A model generated the notes under the pieces. It was not told where the DNA came from. It saw only the letters and a program-made list of their open reading frames with translations, and did no database searches. A DNA stretch of 64,000 bases from an uncultured Arcobacter sp. (GTDB lineage: Bacteria; Campylobacterota; Campylobacteria; Campylobacterales; Arcobacteraceae): positions 1,440,001 through 1,504,000 of the forward strand of contig OZ223300.1 in NCBI GenBank assembly GCA_965140705.1, written 5' to 3'. The first letter of the stretch is position 1, and every line of letters begins with the position of its first letter. Shown here one piece after another: positions 44,930 to 53,389 of the stretch. The translations under genes were made by a program, and so were the position numbers.

Positions 44930-47554
44930 ATAAATAATTTATTAGAAAATAATGGATTTAATAGATTAATAAAAGGCAAAAATGGATATTGTCTTTATAA
45001 TCATAATGATATCTATATTGGCAAATCAATAGAAGAGTATGGTGAGTTTTCAATCCATGAGGCAAATTTATTTGAAAAGATTTGTAAGGAAGGTGATATC
45101 GTTTTTGAAGTGGGTTCTAATATAGGAACCCATACGCAAGTATTATCTCAAATAGTAACTAACAAAGGTAGAGTTATAGCCTTTGAACCCCAAAGATTAG
45201 CTTTTCAAACCCTTTGTGCAAACTTGGCAATTAATAGTATTACAAATGTAGATGCTTATAATCAAGCAGTTGGTCAAAAAGTTGATAAAATAAATGTACC
45301 TGATTTAGATTATTCAAAAAGTAATAATTTTGGTGGAATAAGCTTAGAAAATATAGAAAAGGGAAAAGAAGTTCATCAAAGAACTTTAGATGAATTTATT
45401 GATAAAGTAAGTGCTTTTGATTTTTTGAAAATAGATGTGGAAGGCATGGAAATAGATGTTCTTCTTGGAGCTAAAAAAATTGTATCAAAATTCAAACCAA
45501 TTATATACTTAGAAAATGATCGACAAGAAAAATCTGAAAAACTAATAAACTTAATGTGGTCGATGGGGTATAAGCTTTATTGGCATTTACCTCCTTTATA
45601 TAATTTAGATAATTTTTTCAACAATGACAATAATATTTTCCATAATATAGTTTCTGTAAATATGCTTTGTATCCATGAAAGTATGAAATATGATTTTGAC
45701 TTAAAGGAGTTCAATCTAAGTAAGATTACTGATGCACTTTATCATCCTATGAGTCAAAGAAAAGCAGAAAAAGAGAAAGAATATAATGATAAATTAGAAG
45801 AATCAGCAAGTGCTTATAAAAATAAAGATTATCAAAAGGCACTAAATATCATCTCTTATTTGATAGAAAAAGGGTATAAAACAGCAGAAGTCTATAACAA
45901 TCTAGCTCTTTTATATAGTAAACTTCAAAAATGGCAAGAATCAGTTGATTCTTACCAAATATCTCTAAGACTTGACCCAAATTATTTAAATAGTTATTTT
46001 AATTTTGCAGCCTTATTAAAGGGCTTAAAAAGATATAAAGATGCCTTACAAGTTTATGTTATGGGTGTGAGAAAATATCCAAAAGATTTTAATCTACATA
46101 ATAACATTGGAATGGTTTATGAGACTTTGGGAGAAGATAATAACGCCATTGAAGCATATAAAAATGCTGTTAGAGTTAATCCAAAATTTGCAAAAGCAAT
46201 TAATAATATCGCAGTAATTTTATATAAACAAAAAAGATACAAAGAGTCTAGTGATATGTTTGAATTAGCACTTAAAACAGACCCTAATTATGTGGAAGTA
46301 TACAGTAATCTAGGAGCTGCACTTAATCGCCAAAAACGGTATGATGAGTCAATAAAAGCTTTAGAAACATCCATAGAAAAACTACCTAAGAGTGCAGGGG
46401 CTTATACCAATCTTGGGAATGTATATAATAAACTATTTGAGTATAAAAAAGCAGAAGAACTTCACAAAAAATCTATCAAACTCGAACCAAAAGGCTCTAA
46501 TGCATATGCAAATTTAGCCTCATCTTTAAAAAACCAAGGATTAGTTAAAAAGGCTATAGAATCTTATAGAAAAGCAATCTCACTTGAACCAAATTTTGTA
46601 AATGCACACTTTGATCTTTCTACTGCTTTATTGACTTTAGGTGAGTTTGAAGAGGGCTTTTCTGAATATGAGTGGAGATTTAAAAAAGATGAAATGCTTC
46701 CTCATATTGTAAAATACAAAGAGATATTTTCAAAACCAATGCTTACAAAAAATAGTAATGCAAAAGATAAAATTGTTTTAATACATAGTGAGCAAGGCTT
46801 TGGTGATAGTATAATGTTTGCAAGGTTTATACCTCAAATAAAAGAAAAGTTTTCTTGTAAAATTATATTTAAAGCACGTGATGAACTTGTGGAACTATTT
46901 AAAAATAATTGTGATATCGATGAAGTTTATTATAGAAGTAAACCAACACCAGAATTCGATTTTCATCTTCCTATTATGAGTGCGGCTTTTGTTTTGGGAA
47001 TTAAAGATTATAAGGATTTTAATTCTGCTACTTATATAAGTAATCTAGAAGAGGATAAAACTTTAGCTATAGAAAAACAAAATAAAAAATATAATATTGG
47101 AATTTGTTGGAGTGCAAGTATAACAGGTGAGAGTTATGAAGGAAAAGTTTTTGATTTAAAATACTTTGAACCTTTAATAAATAGCGAAAATTTCAATATT
47201 TATTCTTTACAAGTTGGCGATGGGAAGAGTGATATTGAAAAAAATGGTTTTACTAATAAAATTATTGATATAACAGATTCTTTAGTTGATTTCAAAAAAA
47301 CTGCAATTTTTGCAAAAGAGTTAGACTTGGTTATTACATCAGACACAAGTGTTGCCCACCTTTGTGGTGCAATAGGTGCAAAAACATGGACTTTATTGCA
47401 AAAATATCCAGATTGGAGATGGCAAAACAAAGGTGAAAAATCTTATATGTATGATTCTATGAAATTAATTAGACAAAAACATGATAGAAACTGGGAAACA
47501 GTTTTTCAATCTTTGTTTGCCAAAATTCAAAAAGAGTTTAAGGTAAAATTATAA
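44930..47554 (+). CDS. FkbM-family methyltransferase / TPR / GT-B (GT9-like) glycosyltransferase fusion; extended 60 codons upstream of the ORF-track start
   Basis: Frame is open from 44906; upstream peptide NDIYIGKSIEEYGEFS...GDIVFEVGSNIGTH completes the SAM motif; AFEPQ, LKIDVEGME; about 10 TPRs; YEWR, EQGFGD, LDLVITSDTSVAHL.GA.G, DWRW. Confidence 0.8.
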   Translation: MNNLLENNGFNRLIKGKNGYCLYNHNDIYIGKSIEEYGEFSIHEANLFEKICKEGDIVFEVGSNIGTHTQVLSQIVTNKGRVIAFEPQRLAFQTLCANLAINSITNVDAYNQAVGQKVDKINVPDLDYSKSNNFGGISLENIEKGKEVHQRTLDEFIDKVSAFDFLKIDVEGMEIDVLLGAKKIVSKFKPIIYLENDRQEKSEKLINLMWSMGYKLYWHLPPLYNLDNFFNNDNNIFHNIVSVNMLCIHESMKYDFDLKEFNLSKITDALYHPMSQRKAEKEKEYNDKLEESASAYKNKDYQKALNIISYLIEKGYKTAEVYNNLALLYSKLQKWQESVDSYQISLRLDPNYLNSYFNFAALLKGLKRYKDALQVYVMGVRKYPKDFNLHNNIGMVYETLGEDNNAIEAYKNAVRVNPKFAKAINNIAVILYKQKRYKESSDMFELALKTDPNYVEVYSNLGAALNRQKRYDESIKALETSIEKLPKSAGAYTNLGNVYNKLFEYKKAEELHKKSIKLEPKGSNAYANLASSLKNQGLVKKAIESYRKAISLEPNFVNAHFDLSTALLTLGEFEEGFSEYEWRFKKDEMLPHIVKYKEIFSKPMLTKNSNAKDKIVLIHSEQGFGDSIMFARFIPQIKEKFSCKIIFKARDELVELFKNNCDIDEVYYRSKPTPEFDFHLPIMSAAFVLGIKDYKDFNSATYISNLEEDKTLAIEKQNKKYNIGICWSASITGESYEGKVFDLKYFEPLINSENFNIYSLQVGDGKSDIEKNGFTNKIIDITDSLVDFKKTAIFAKELDLVITSDTSVAHLCGAIGAKTWTLLQKYPDWRWQNKGEKSYMYDSMKLIRQKHDRNWETVFQSLFAKIQKEFKVKL

Positions 47555-47566
47555 AAACATTAGAAG

Positions 47567-48697
47567 TTGGTATTTTTGAATTCATATATAAGTAAGTTAG
47601 AAAAAATCATTAATCTTGGACTTGTAGCTCAAACTGATTCTTGGCTTGCTGGTAAAATCCGTGTTGTAAATATTATGTGCTTACTTACTCTTTCTATGGT
47701 AATATTCATGATACTTATTGACTTAATTATTACTAAAAATCATTTTATATCTATTGTTGCAGGATTAATTGGTGTTATTATGATTTTGCCTTATTATTTA
47801 AACTATAAAAAATGTTATGTTCTTTCTCGAATAATTTTTCTCTCTTTTTCATATTTTTTTATTTGTTTGTTGGCAATTGTATTTGGTAAAGAGTTTTATT
47901 TTCAATATTATCTTGTACCTGGAGTGGGAATGTCTCTTATTTTTTTTAGAGATGAAATAGGAAATAAAAAATGGATATTTTCTTTACTTGGAATACCATT
48001 ATGGATATTTTTAGAATTATGGTTTTTAAAATATCCTCCTTTACTTGTTATTGAAGGCAAATATATTCAATTTATACCTTATTTTAGTAGTTTTCTTATT
48101 TTTATAACGGCAATTATGATGTTTGCAACTTTTACCCATGAAAATGATAAACAATTAAAAAATATTCATAATATGAATATAAAGTTAAAAGAACTAGCAA
48201 ATACCGATTCTCTTACAGGTCTGTATAATCGTCGTTATGTTGATAAACATCTAATTAATTTTTTTGATATAGCTAGTCGAGAAAATAGTTATCTTGCTTT
48301 AGTTATATTTGATATTGATTTTTTTAAAAAAGTCAATGATACTTATGGTCATGATGCCGGAGATAAAGTTTTACAGATGCTTTCAAAACTAGCAAGAGAA
48401 GAGTTTAGAGAATCAGATTTAATAGGAAGAATAGGTGGAGAAGAGTTTTGTATCGCTTTTACATATGGTAATAGGGAAAAAACTAAAAAAGCAATTGAAC
48501 GGTTTAGAAAAGCAATAGAGAATGAAGTTATAAAATATGAAGATTTGAATATAAATATCACATCAAGTTTTGGAATAGCATATTATTCAAATGATATTAA
48601 TAGCTATAAGGATTTATTTAAAAATGCCGATGAAGCTCTTTATGAGGCTAAGAGGTCAGGAAGAAATCGTATTTGTGAATATACTTCTAATTATTGA
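47567..48697 (+). CDS. Membrane-bound diguanylate cyclase
   Basis: About 5-6 TMs, DSLTGLYNRR, DIDFFKKVNDTYGHDAGD, I-site RESD and intact GGEEF. Confidence 0.93.
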   Translation: MVFLNSYISKLEKIINLGLVAQTDSWLAGKIRVVNIMCLLTLSMVIFMILIDLIITKNHFISIVAGLIGVIMILPYYLNYKKCYVLSRIIFLSFSYFFICLLAIVFGKEFYFQYYLVPGVGMSLIFFRDEIGNKKWIFSLLGIPLWIFLELWFLKYPPLLVIEGKYIQFIPYFSSFLIFITAIMMFATFTHENDKQLKNIHNMNIKLKELANTDSLTGLYNRRYVDKHLINFFDIASRENSYLALVIFDIDFFKKVNDTYGHDAGDKVLQMLSKLAREEFRESDLIGRIGGEEFCIAFTYGNREKTKKAIERFRKAIENEVIKYEDLNINITSSFGIAYYSNDINSYKDLFKNADEALYEAKRSGRNRICEYTSNY

Positions 48698-48707
48698 TAA
48701 TTTTGAA

Positions 48708-48736
48708 GTGCCAAAATTTATATCAAATTTTGACAC
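48708..48736. terminator. Hairpin between convergent genes, probable bidirectional terminator
   Basis: GTGCCAAAATTT-ATATC-AAATTTTGACAC, 12-bp stem with one mismatch. Confidence 0.6.
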
Positions 48737-48761
48737 CTAAATTTTTTATTAATAAAGTATT

Positions 48762-50798
48762 CTAAAAATCAAATTGAGCCATAACTCTATATGTTCGACC
48801 TTGACCTGGAATTCTTCCTACTGGACTTATATCTGCTCCTCTAAAGTAATAATCTTTATCAAATAAGTTATTTATCCCAAAACTAAATCTAGCATTTAGC
48901 TTATCATTTATTTTAACTTTTGTAGAAACTTTTGTATTCCATAACATATAATCAGGATTTTCACCTATACTACCTGTTGAATTTTCTTTTTTAGTATTTG
49001 CAGTATCTGAAAAAGTTTTGCTTAAATAAATTCCTGTAAGATTCAAATCATAATTACTTACACTATAATCAGTGGCAATACTAAATTGATGTTTAGATAC
49101 CCAAGGAAGCCTTTTCCCCTCATTTTCTCCAGACTTTTGCTCTGTATCTAAATAAGTATATCCAAGAGTAAATTTTGTATGATCAGTTGCTTTTACACTT
49201 AATAGAGTCTCAATACCTTGATGTAAAGTTTTTCCAAGATTTTTAAAGTCATCCTCTGCTCTTACATATTCTATTTGGTCATCATAAACTATTCTATATA
49301 AAGTTGTTGTAGCACTAAAAATATCATTAGGTGTATATCTAGCTCCAATTTCATAATTCCAAGCCAATTCTGGCTTTAATTCTCCTTCTTTTGTTACTTG
49401 TGCAACTTGAGGCGTTCTAAGTGACTTTTGAGCATTTGTAAATAAAAATAACTCATTTGTTGCTTGATATCCAAGGCTAAGGCCAGGTAGATATTCACTC
49501 ATTTTTTTATTTTTATTGTTGCTATTAATATTATCATTAAATTTCATTTTAACTTTTTCAAATCTTAGTCCAGGTGTTATAGTAAAGTTACCATTCATTA
49601 AACTAATAGTATCACTAATATATCCCGCATATGCATTGGTTTTTATTTTCCAATCTCTTACAGTATTTTTTATATTATCATTAAATTTTGTTTGATATAA
49701 AAAATAATCAACATCTTCATTTACATATCTTGTACCAATTGTTATTTTTTGATTTTGTGTTGAATATGTAAATCTTGGTTCTATCCCATATACATCTATT
49801 TTTCTATCAGCAGCTCGAATAGAGTCTTCTGTTAATGGTGTAAATCCTTTTCCTGCTGTATTCCATCCCCATGTGAATTTTCTTTTGCTTGATTGTGCAA
49901 AGTTTATAAGACTAAATTCTGTGTTATTTGTGGGATTTAATGTATATGTTAAAGATGCTCTTTTAGTACTTCCATCAAAGTTATCATTTTTTCTTTGAGA
50001 TTCACTTTTATCTTTATCATAAGCTTCAGGAAGTAATGCTCCTGGTAAATCTGCATTTGCTTTATAGTACTGAAGATTTGATTTTATAGAACTATTATCT
50101 GTAGGGTAATATTCAGCATCTAATATTACATTTTTAATATCAGTATCAGAGTGTTCTCTATATGAATCACCCTTGATACCATTATATTGTAATTGTAATC
50201 CTAAATCATCTTTTACAAAGCCACCTGTTCTTAAATATGTATCTGTAAGTAGATTTCCCTCATCTGATGTTGTTAGTGTCTCTTTTAAGGTAGTTGATTG
50301 TTTATTAGTAATAGGTTTTGTAATAAAGTTTATAACTCCACCAACATTATTTGGTCCATAATGAACAGCCGCTCCTCCTCTTACTATGTCAATTTTTTCT
50401 ACTGTATCCATTGTAACTGGAAATAATGATAAACTGGAGTGACTATATGGTGCTAAAGTTGCAGGTATTCCATTTACCAATGCATTTAGATATTCACTTC
50501 TTCCAGGTTTTAGACCTCTAACTGATATATTAGGAAGCACTCCTGTTCCTGTTTCATCTTGGATTTGAACACCAGGAACTGTTCTTAATGCTTCTTCTAG
50601 ATTAAGAGCTGGTGTTTTTTCTAAATACTCAGAGTCAAGAACTGTTCTTGCTCCCACATATTTTTTTACTGATTGTGTAGATGCATCTCCTAGCCAGCTT
50701 CCTTGTACTTGTACATCTTCTAATTGAGTAGTTTCTGTATCTGCATAAGAGATATTGCTTGCTAATACTATTAATGCAACTGCATGTGATATTCTCAT
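48762..50798 (-). CDS. TonB-dependent receptor, FecA-like (ferric citrate/siderophore)
   Basis: Signal peptide, VPGVQIQDETGTG..NISVRGL plug, IDIVRGGAAVHYGPNNVGGVINF, GINNLFDKDY, terminal Phe. Confidence 0.9.
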   Translation of the reverse strand: MRISHAVALIVLASNISYADTETTQLEDVQVQGSWLGDASTQSVKKYVGARTVLDSEYLEKTPALNLEEALRTVPGVQIQDETGTGVLPNISVRGLKPGRSEYLNALVNGIPATLAPYSHSSLSLFPVTMDTVEKIDIVRGGAAVHYGPNNVGGVINFITKPITNKQSTTLKETLTTSDEGNLLTDTYLRTGGFVKDDLGLQLQYNGIKGDSYREHSDTDIKNVILDAEYYPTDNSSIKSNLQYYKANADLPGALLPEAYDKDKSESQRKNDNFDGSTKRASLTYTLNPTNNTEFSLINFAQSSKRKFTWGWNTAGKGFTPLTEDSIRAADRKIDVYGIEPRFTYSTQNQKITIGTRYVNEDVDYFLYQTKFNDNIKNTVRDWKIKTNAYAGYISDTISLMNGNFTITPGLRFEKVKMKFNDNINSNNKNKKMSEYLPGLSLGYQATNELFLFTNAQKSLRTPQVAQVTKEGELKPELAWNYEIGARYTPNDIFSATTTLYRIVYDDQIEYVRAEDDFKNLGKTLHQGIETLLSVKATDHTKFTLGYTYLDTEQKSGENEGKRLPWVSKHQFSIATDYSVSNYDLNLTGIYLSKTFSDTANTKKENSTGSIGENPDYMLWNTKVSTKVKINDKLNARFSFGINNLFDKDYYFRGADISPVGRIPGQGRTYRVMAQFDF

Positions 50799-50825
50799 TT
50801 TTTTCCTTTAAAATAATTGTAGGTG

Positions 50826-50874
50826 AATAATAATAGTTTTATTCTTATAATAATATTAATAACGATTATCTAAA
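50826..50874. promoter_or_regulatory. Putative Fur box(es) upstream of the TonB receptor
   Basis: Minus strand reads TAGATAATCGTTATTAAT (50855-50872), similar to GATAAT-n-ATTATC; a weaker AATAATAGTTTTATT lies nearby. Confidence 0.55.
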
Positions 50875-50977
50875 TCATAAAATAAACTAATATAATAATA
50901 TTTATAAAAAGAGAAAAATTTGTTATTCTAAGAAGAAATAAGTACAATATGGAAAATAAAATACTAAGATAAATATA

Positions 50978-51928
50978 ATGGCACATAAAGAACACAAAAA
51001 AGGCTTACATTCTCGTAACCCACACAATAAAAGATATGATTTCCCACAACTTATAAAAAGTTTACCAAAACTTGCAGATTATGTTTTTAAAAATAAGTAT
51101 GATGAGTTATCAATTGATTTTGCAGATGCAAAAGCAGTTTTAACTTTAAATAAAGCACTCCTAGCTCACTTTTATAATATAAAAATATGGTCAATACCAG
51201 ATGGATACTTATGTCCTCCTATTCCTGGACGAGCTGATTATATTCACTATATTGCTGATATCTTATCTGAGTATAATAATCAAAAAGTACCAAAGGGTTC
51301 TAAGATAAAAGGACTTGATATTGGTATTGGTGCTAATTGTATCTATCCCATTATTGGAAATAGTGTTTATGGTTGGTCATTTGTAGGTAGTGATATAGTA
51401 AAAGAGTCTATCTCTTCATCTCAAAAAATTATAGAATCAAATGAATCTTTAAGAGGAAATGTTGAGTGTCGATTACAGACAAATCCTGATAGTATTTTTA
51501 CAGGTATTATAAAAGAAGATGATAGATTTGATTTTACTTTATGTAATCCTCCTTTTCATAAATCACAAGAAGAAGCCCAAGCTGGAAGTAAAAGAAAGGT
51601 TCAAAATCTTACAAAACAAGTAGTAAATAAAGCTTCACTAAACTTTGGTGGTAAGAGTAATGAACTTTGGTGTAAAGGTGGAGAAGTAGCTTTTGTAAAA
51701 GCTATGATAAAACAAAGTAAAAAGTATGCTAAAAACTGTTTTTGGTTTAGTACAATTGTATCAAAAAAAGACAATTTACAATTTATATATGACACGATAG
51801 ATTATGTAAAACCTACAGAATATGATACCATAGAGATGCAACATGGGCAAAAGATAAGTAGAATAGTTATTTGGACATTTCTTACAAAAGAAGAGCAAAA
51901 ACAGTGGGCTTCAAAGTGGGAAGATTAA
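50978..51928 (+). CDS. rlmF: 23S rRNA (adenine(1618)-N6)-methyltransferase
   Basis: LHSRNPH, YLCPPIPGRADYIH, LDIGIGANCIYP, CNPPFH, NFGG...ELWC.GGE. Confidence 0.95.
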   Translation: MAHKEHKKGLHSRNPHNKRYDFPQLIKSLPKLADYVFKNKYDELSIDFADAKAVLTLNKALLAHFYNIKIWSIPDGYLCPPIPGRADYIHYIADILSEYNNQKVPKGSKIKGLDIGIGANCIYPIIGNSVYGWSFVGSDIVKESISSSQKIIESNESLRGNVECRLQTNPDSIFTGIIKEDDRFDFTLCNPPFHKSQEEAQAGSKRKVQNLTKQVVNKASLNFGGKSNELWCKGGEVAFVKAMIKQSKKYAKNCFWFSTIVSKKDNLQFIYDTIDYVKPTEYDTIEMQHGQKISRIVIWTFLTKEEQKQWASKWED

Positions 51929-52506
51929 GAGTTTTTAAGTAACTTTTGCCAATCCTCTTTTGTATCTACATCTATAGAGTACTTATCATCTAAGGTAAAA
52001 CTTATTGGCTCATATTTAAAGAAAAGTTGTTTTGCTCCTTTATTTCCTTTTAGTTTTTTTAGTTCTTCAAAGTATTCTTTTGGAAATATTGTAGGTACTG
52101 CATATTGATTTTTATATTGTGAGCAGATTATTTTATCTTTATTTTCATTTGATAATTTTATTAAGTTTTCATAATGTTCTATTGGTATCAAAGGTTGGTC
52201 ACAAAGCATTATTAGAACCTTTTTTTCTTTTATATTTGATATTCCAAAAGCTATAGTGTTTCCCATACCTTCATCGTAGTTTGGATTTGTTAATATATTT
52301 ATATTCTTATTTTCAATCTCTTTTTTTACCTCATCATTTTTATGACCTAAGACAACAGTTACATTTGAAGTTAATTCAAAAGCTTTTTCAATTGCGATAT
52401 TTATAAGAGTTTTACCCTTTAACTTTAATAATTGTTTTGGCTCTCCCAGACGACTTGAAGTACCAGCTGCTAGTATTAAAACAGCTAGATTAATGGATTT
52501 TTCCAT
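51925..52506 (-). CDS. mocA: Molybdenum cofactor cytidylyltransferase (MocA-like)
   Basis: ILAAGTSSRLGEPKQLL, LCDQP, DVDT motifs; located in an xdh-type cluster. Confidence 0.8.
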   Translation of the reverse strand: MEKSINLAVLILAAGTSSRLGEPKQLLKLKGKTLINIAIEKAFELTSNVTVVLGHKNDEVKKEIENKNINILTNPNYDEGMGNTIAFGISNIKEKKVLIMLCDQPLIPIEHYENLIKLSNENKDKIICSQYKNQYAVPTIFPKEYFEELKKLKGNKGAKQLFFKYEPISFTLDDKYSIDVDTKEDWQKLLKNS

Positions 52507-53383
52507 TTTTCCTAGCTTCTATTTGTGCACATATTGATAGGGCTACTGATTGGTGAGTATGTCCACCTATTTCAAAACCAACAGGAGCGAAAAATCTTTT
52601 ATCTTCTTCAAGTTTAAATTTCTCTTTTTTATCTCGCATACTTATTTTATTTCCCATAATACCGATATATTCAACCTTTGAATTAAGTAGTGCTTTTAGG
52701 TAGGTATCATCTGTTTTTGGACTATGACTTAATATAACTGAAGCATTATATGAACTTAAATCCATAGTTAAGATATCTTCAAAATTTTCTAACTCTATGA
52801 TTTCATCTACTTCACTTACATAATCTTTATTGATGTTTATATCCATAATTGTAGTTTTCCAACCCATGAGGTTTGCCATACTTATAAAAGATGTAACATG
52901 GGCACCTGAACCAAATATCAAAATAGAGTAGGGCATTTTAATCTCTTGGTAGAATTTATCATCTTCAAATTTTGTCACTGTATTTCTATTTGTAAATACA
53001 TAATCATTATTTTTTATATTTCGAATTAGTGTTTTATCAAAATTTTTTAAAGCAAGTCCTAATACTCCATAATCATCTTTTTTTAAAAATACTTGTAGAA
53101 AATATTTACTTGTACCATGTCCAGAGGATTCATCTTTTGGGATGTTTTCAAAGTATTTTGATTTTTGATTTTTAAAGGCAGTTTTTGCATACTCTAAGAT
53201 TTGTTTATGCAAGTGCTTACTTCCAAATACACCTACAAACTCAAAGTTAGAGTTTATAAGCATAAGATTTCCAGCCTTTGTATAAGTAGAACCTAGTGTT
53301 TCTATAACACTAACTCCTACTAAGTCAAGACCTTGTTTTTTATTTTTTTCAATAAAATTTAAATACTGTTTATTTTCAAACAT
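52490..53383 (-). CDS. xdhC: XdhC/CoxI family molybdoenzyme maturation factor
   Basis: ETLGSTY..AG, IFGSGAH, YIGIMG, APVG..IGG...VALSICAQI. Confidence 0.85.
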   Translation of the reverse strand: MFENKQYLNFIEKNKKQGLDLVGVSVIETLGSTYTKAGNLMLINSNFEFVGVFGSKHLHKQILEYAKTAFKNQKSKYFENIPKDESSGHGTSKYFLQVFLKKDDYGVLGLALKNFDKTLIRNIKNNDYVFTNRNTVTKFEDDKFYQEIKMPYSILIFGSGAHVTSFISMANLMGWKTTIMDININKDYVSEVDEIIELENFEDILTMDLSSYNASVILSHSPKTDDTYLKALLNSKVEYIGIMGNKISMRDKKEKFKLEEDKRFFAPVGFEIGGHTHQSVALSICAQIEARKNGKIH

Positions 53384-53389
53384 AATTTA

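Noticed and set aside
45110..45112. ORF-track GTG start of the FkbM fusion
   Set aside because: Falls inside the SAM-binding motif; coding-like sequence continues 60 codons upstream
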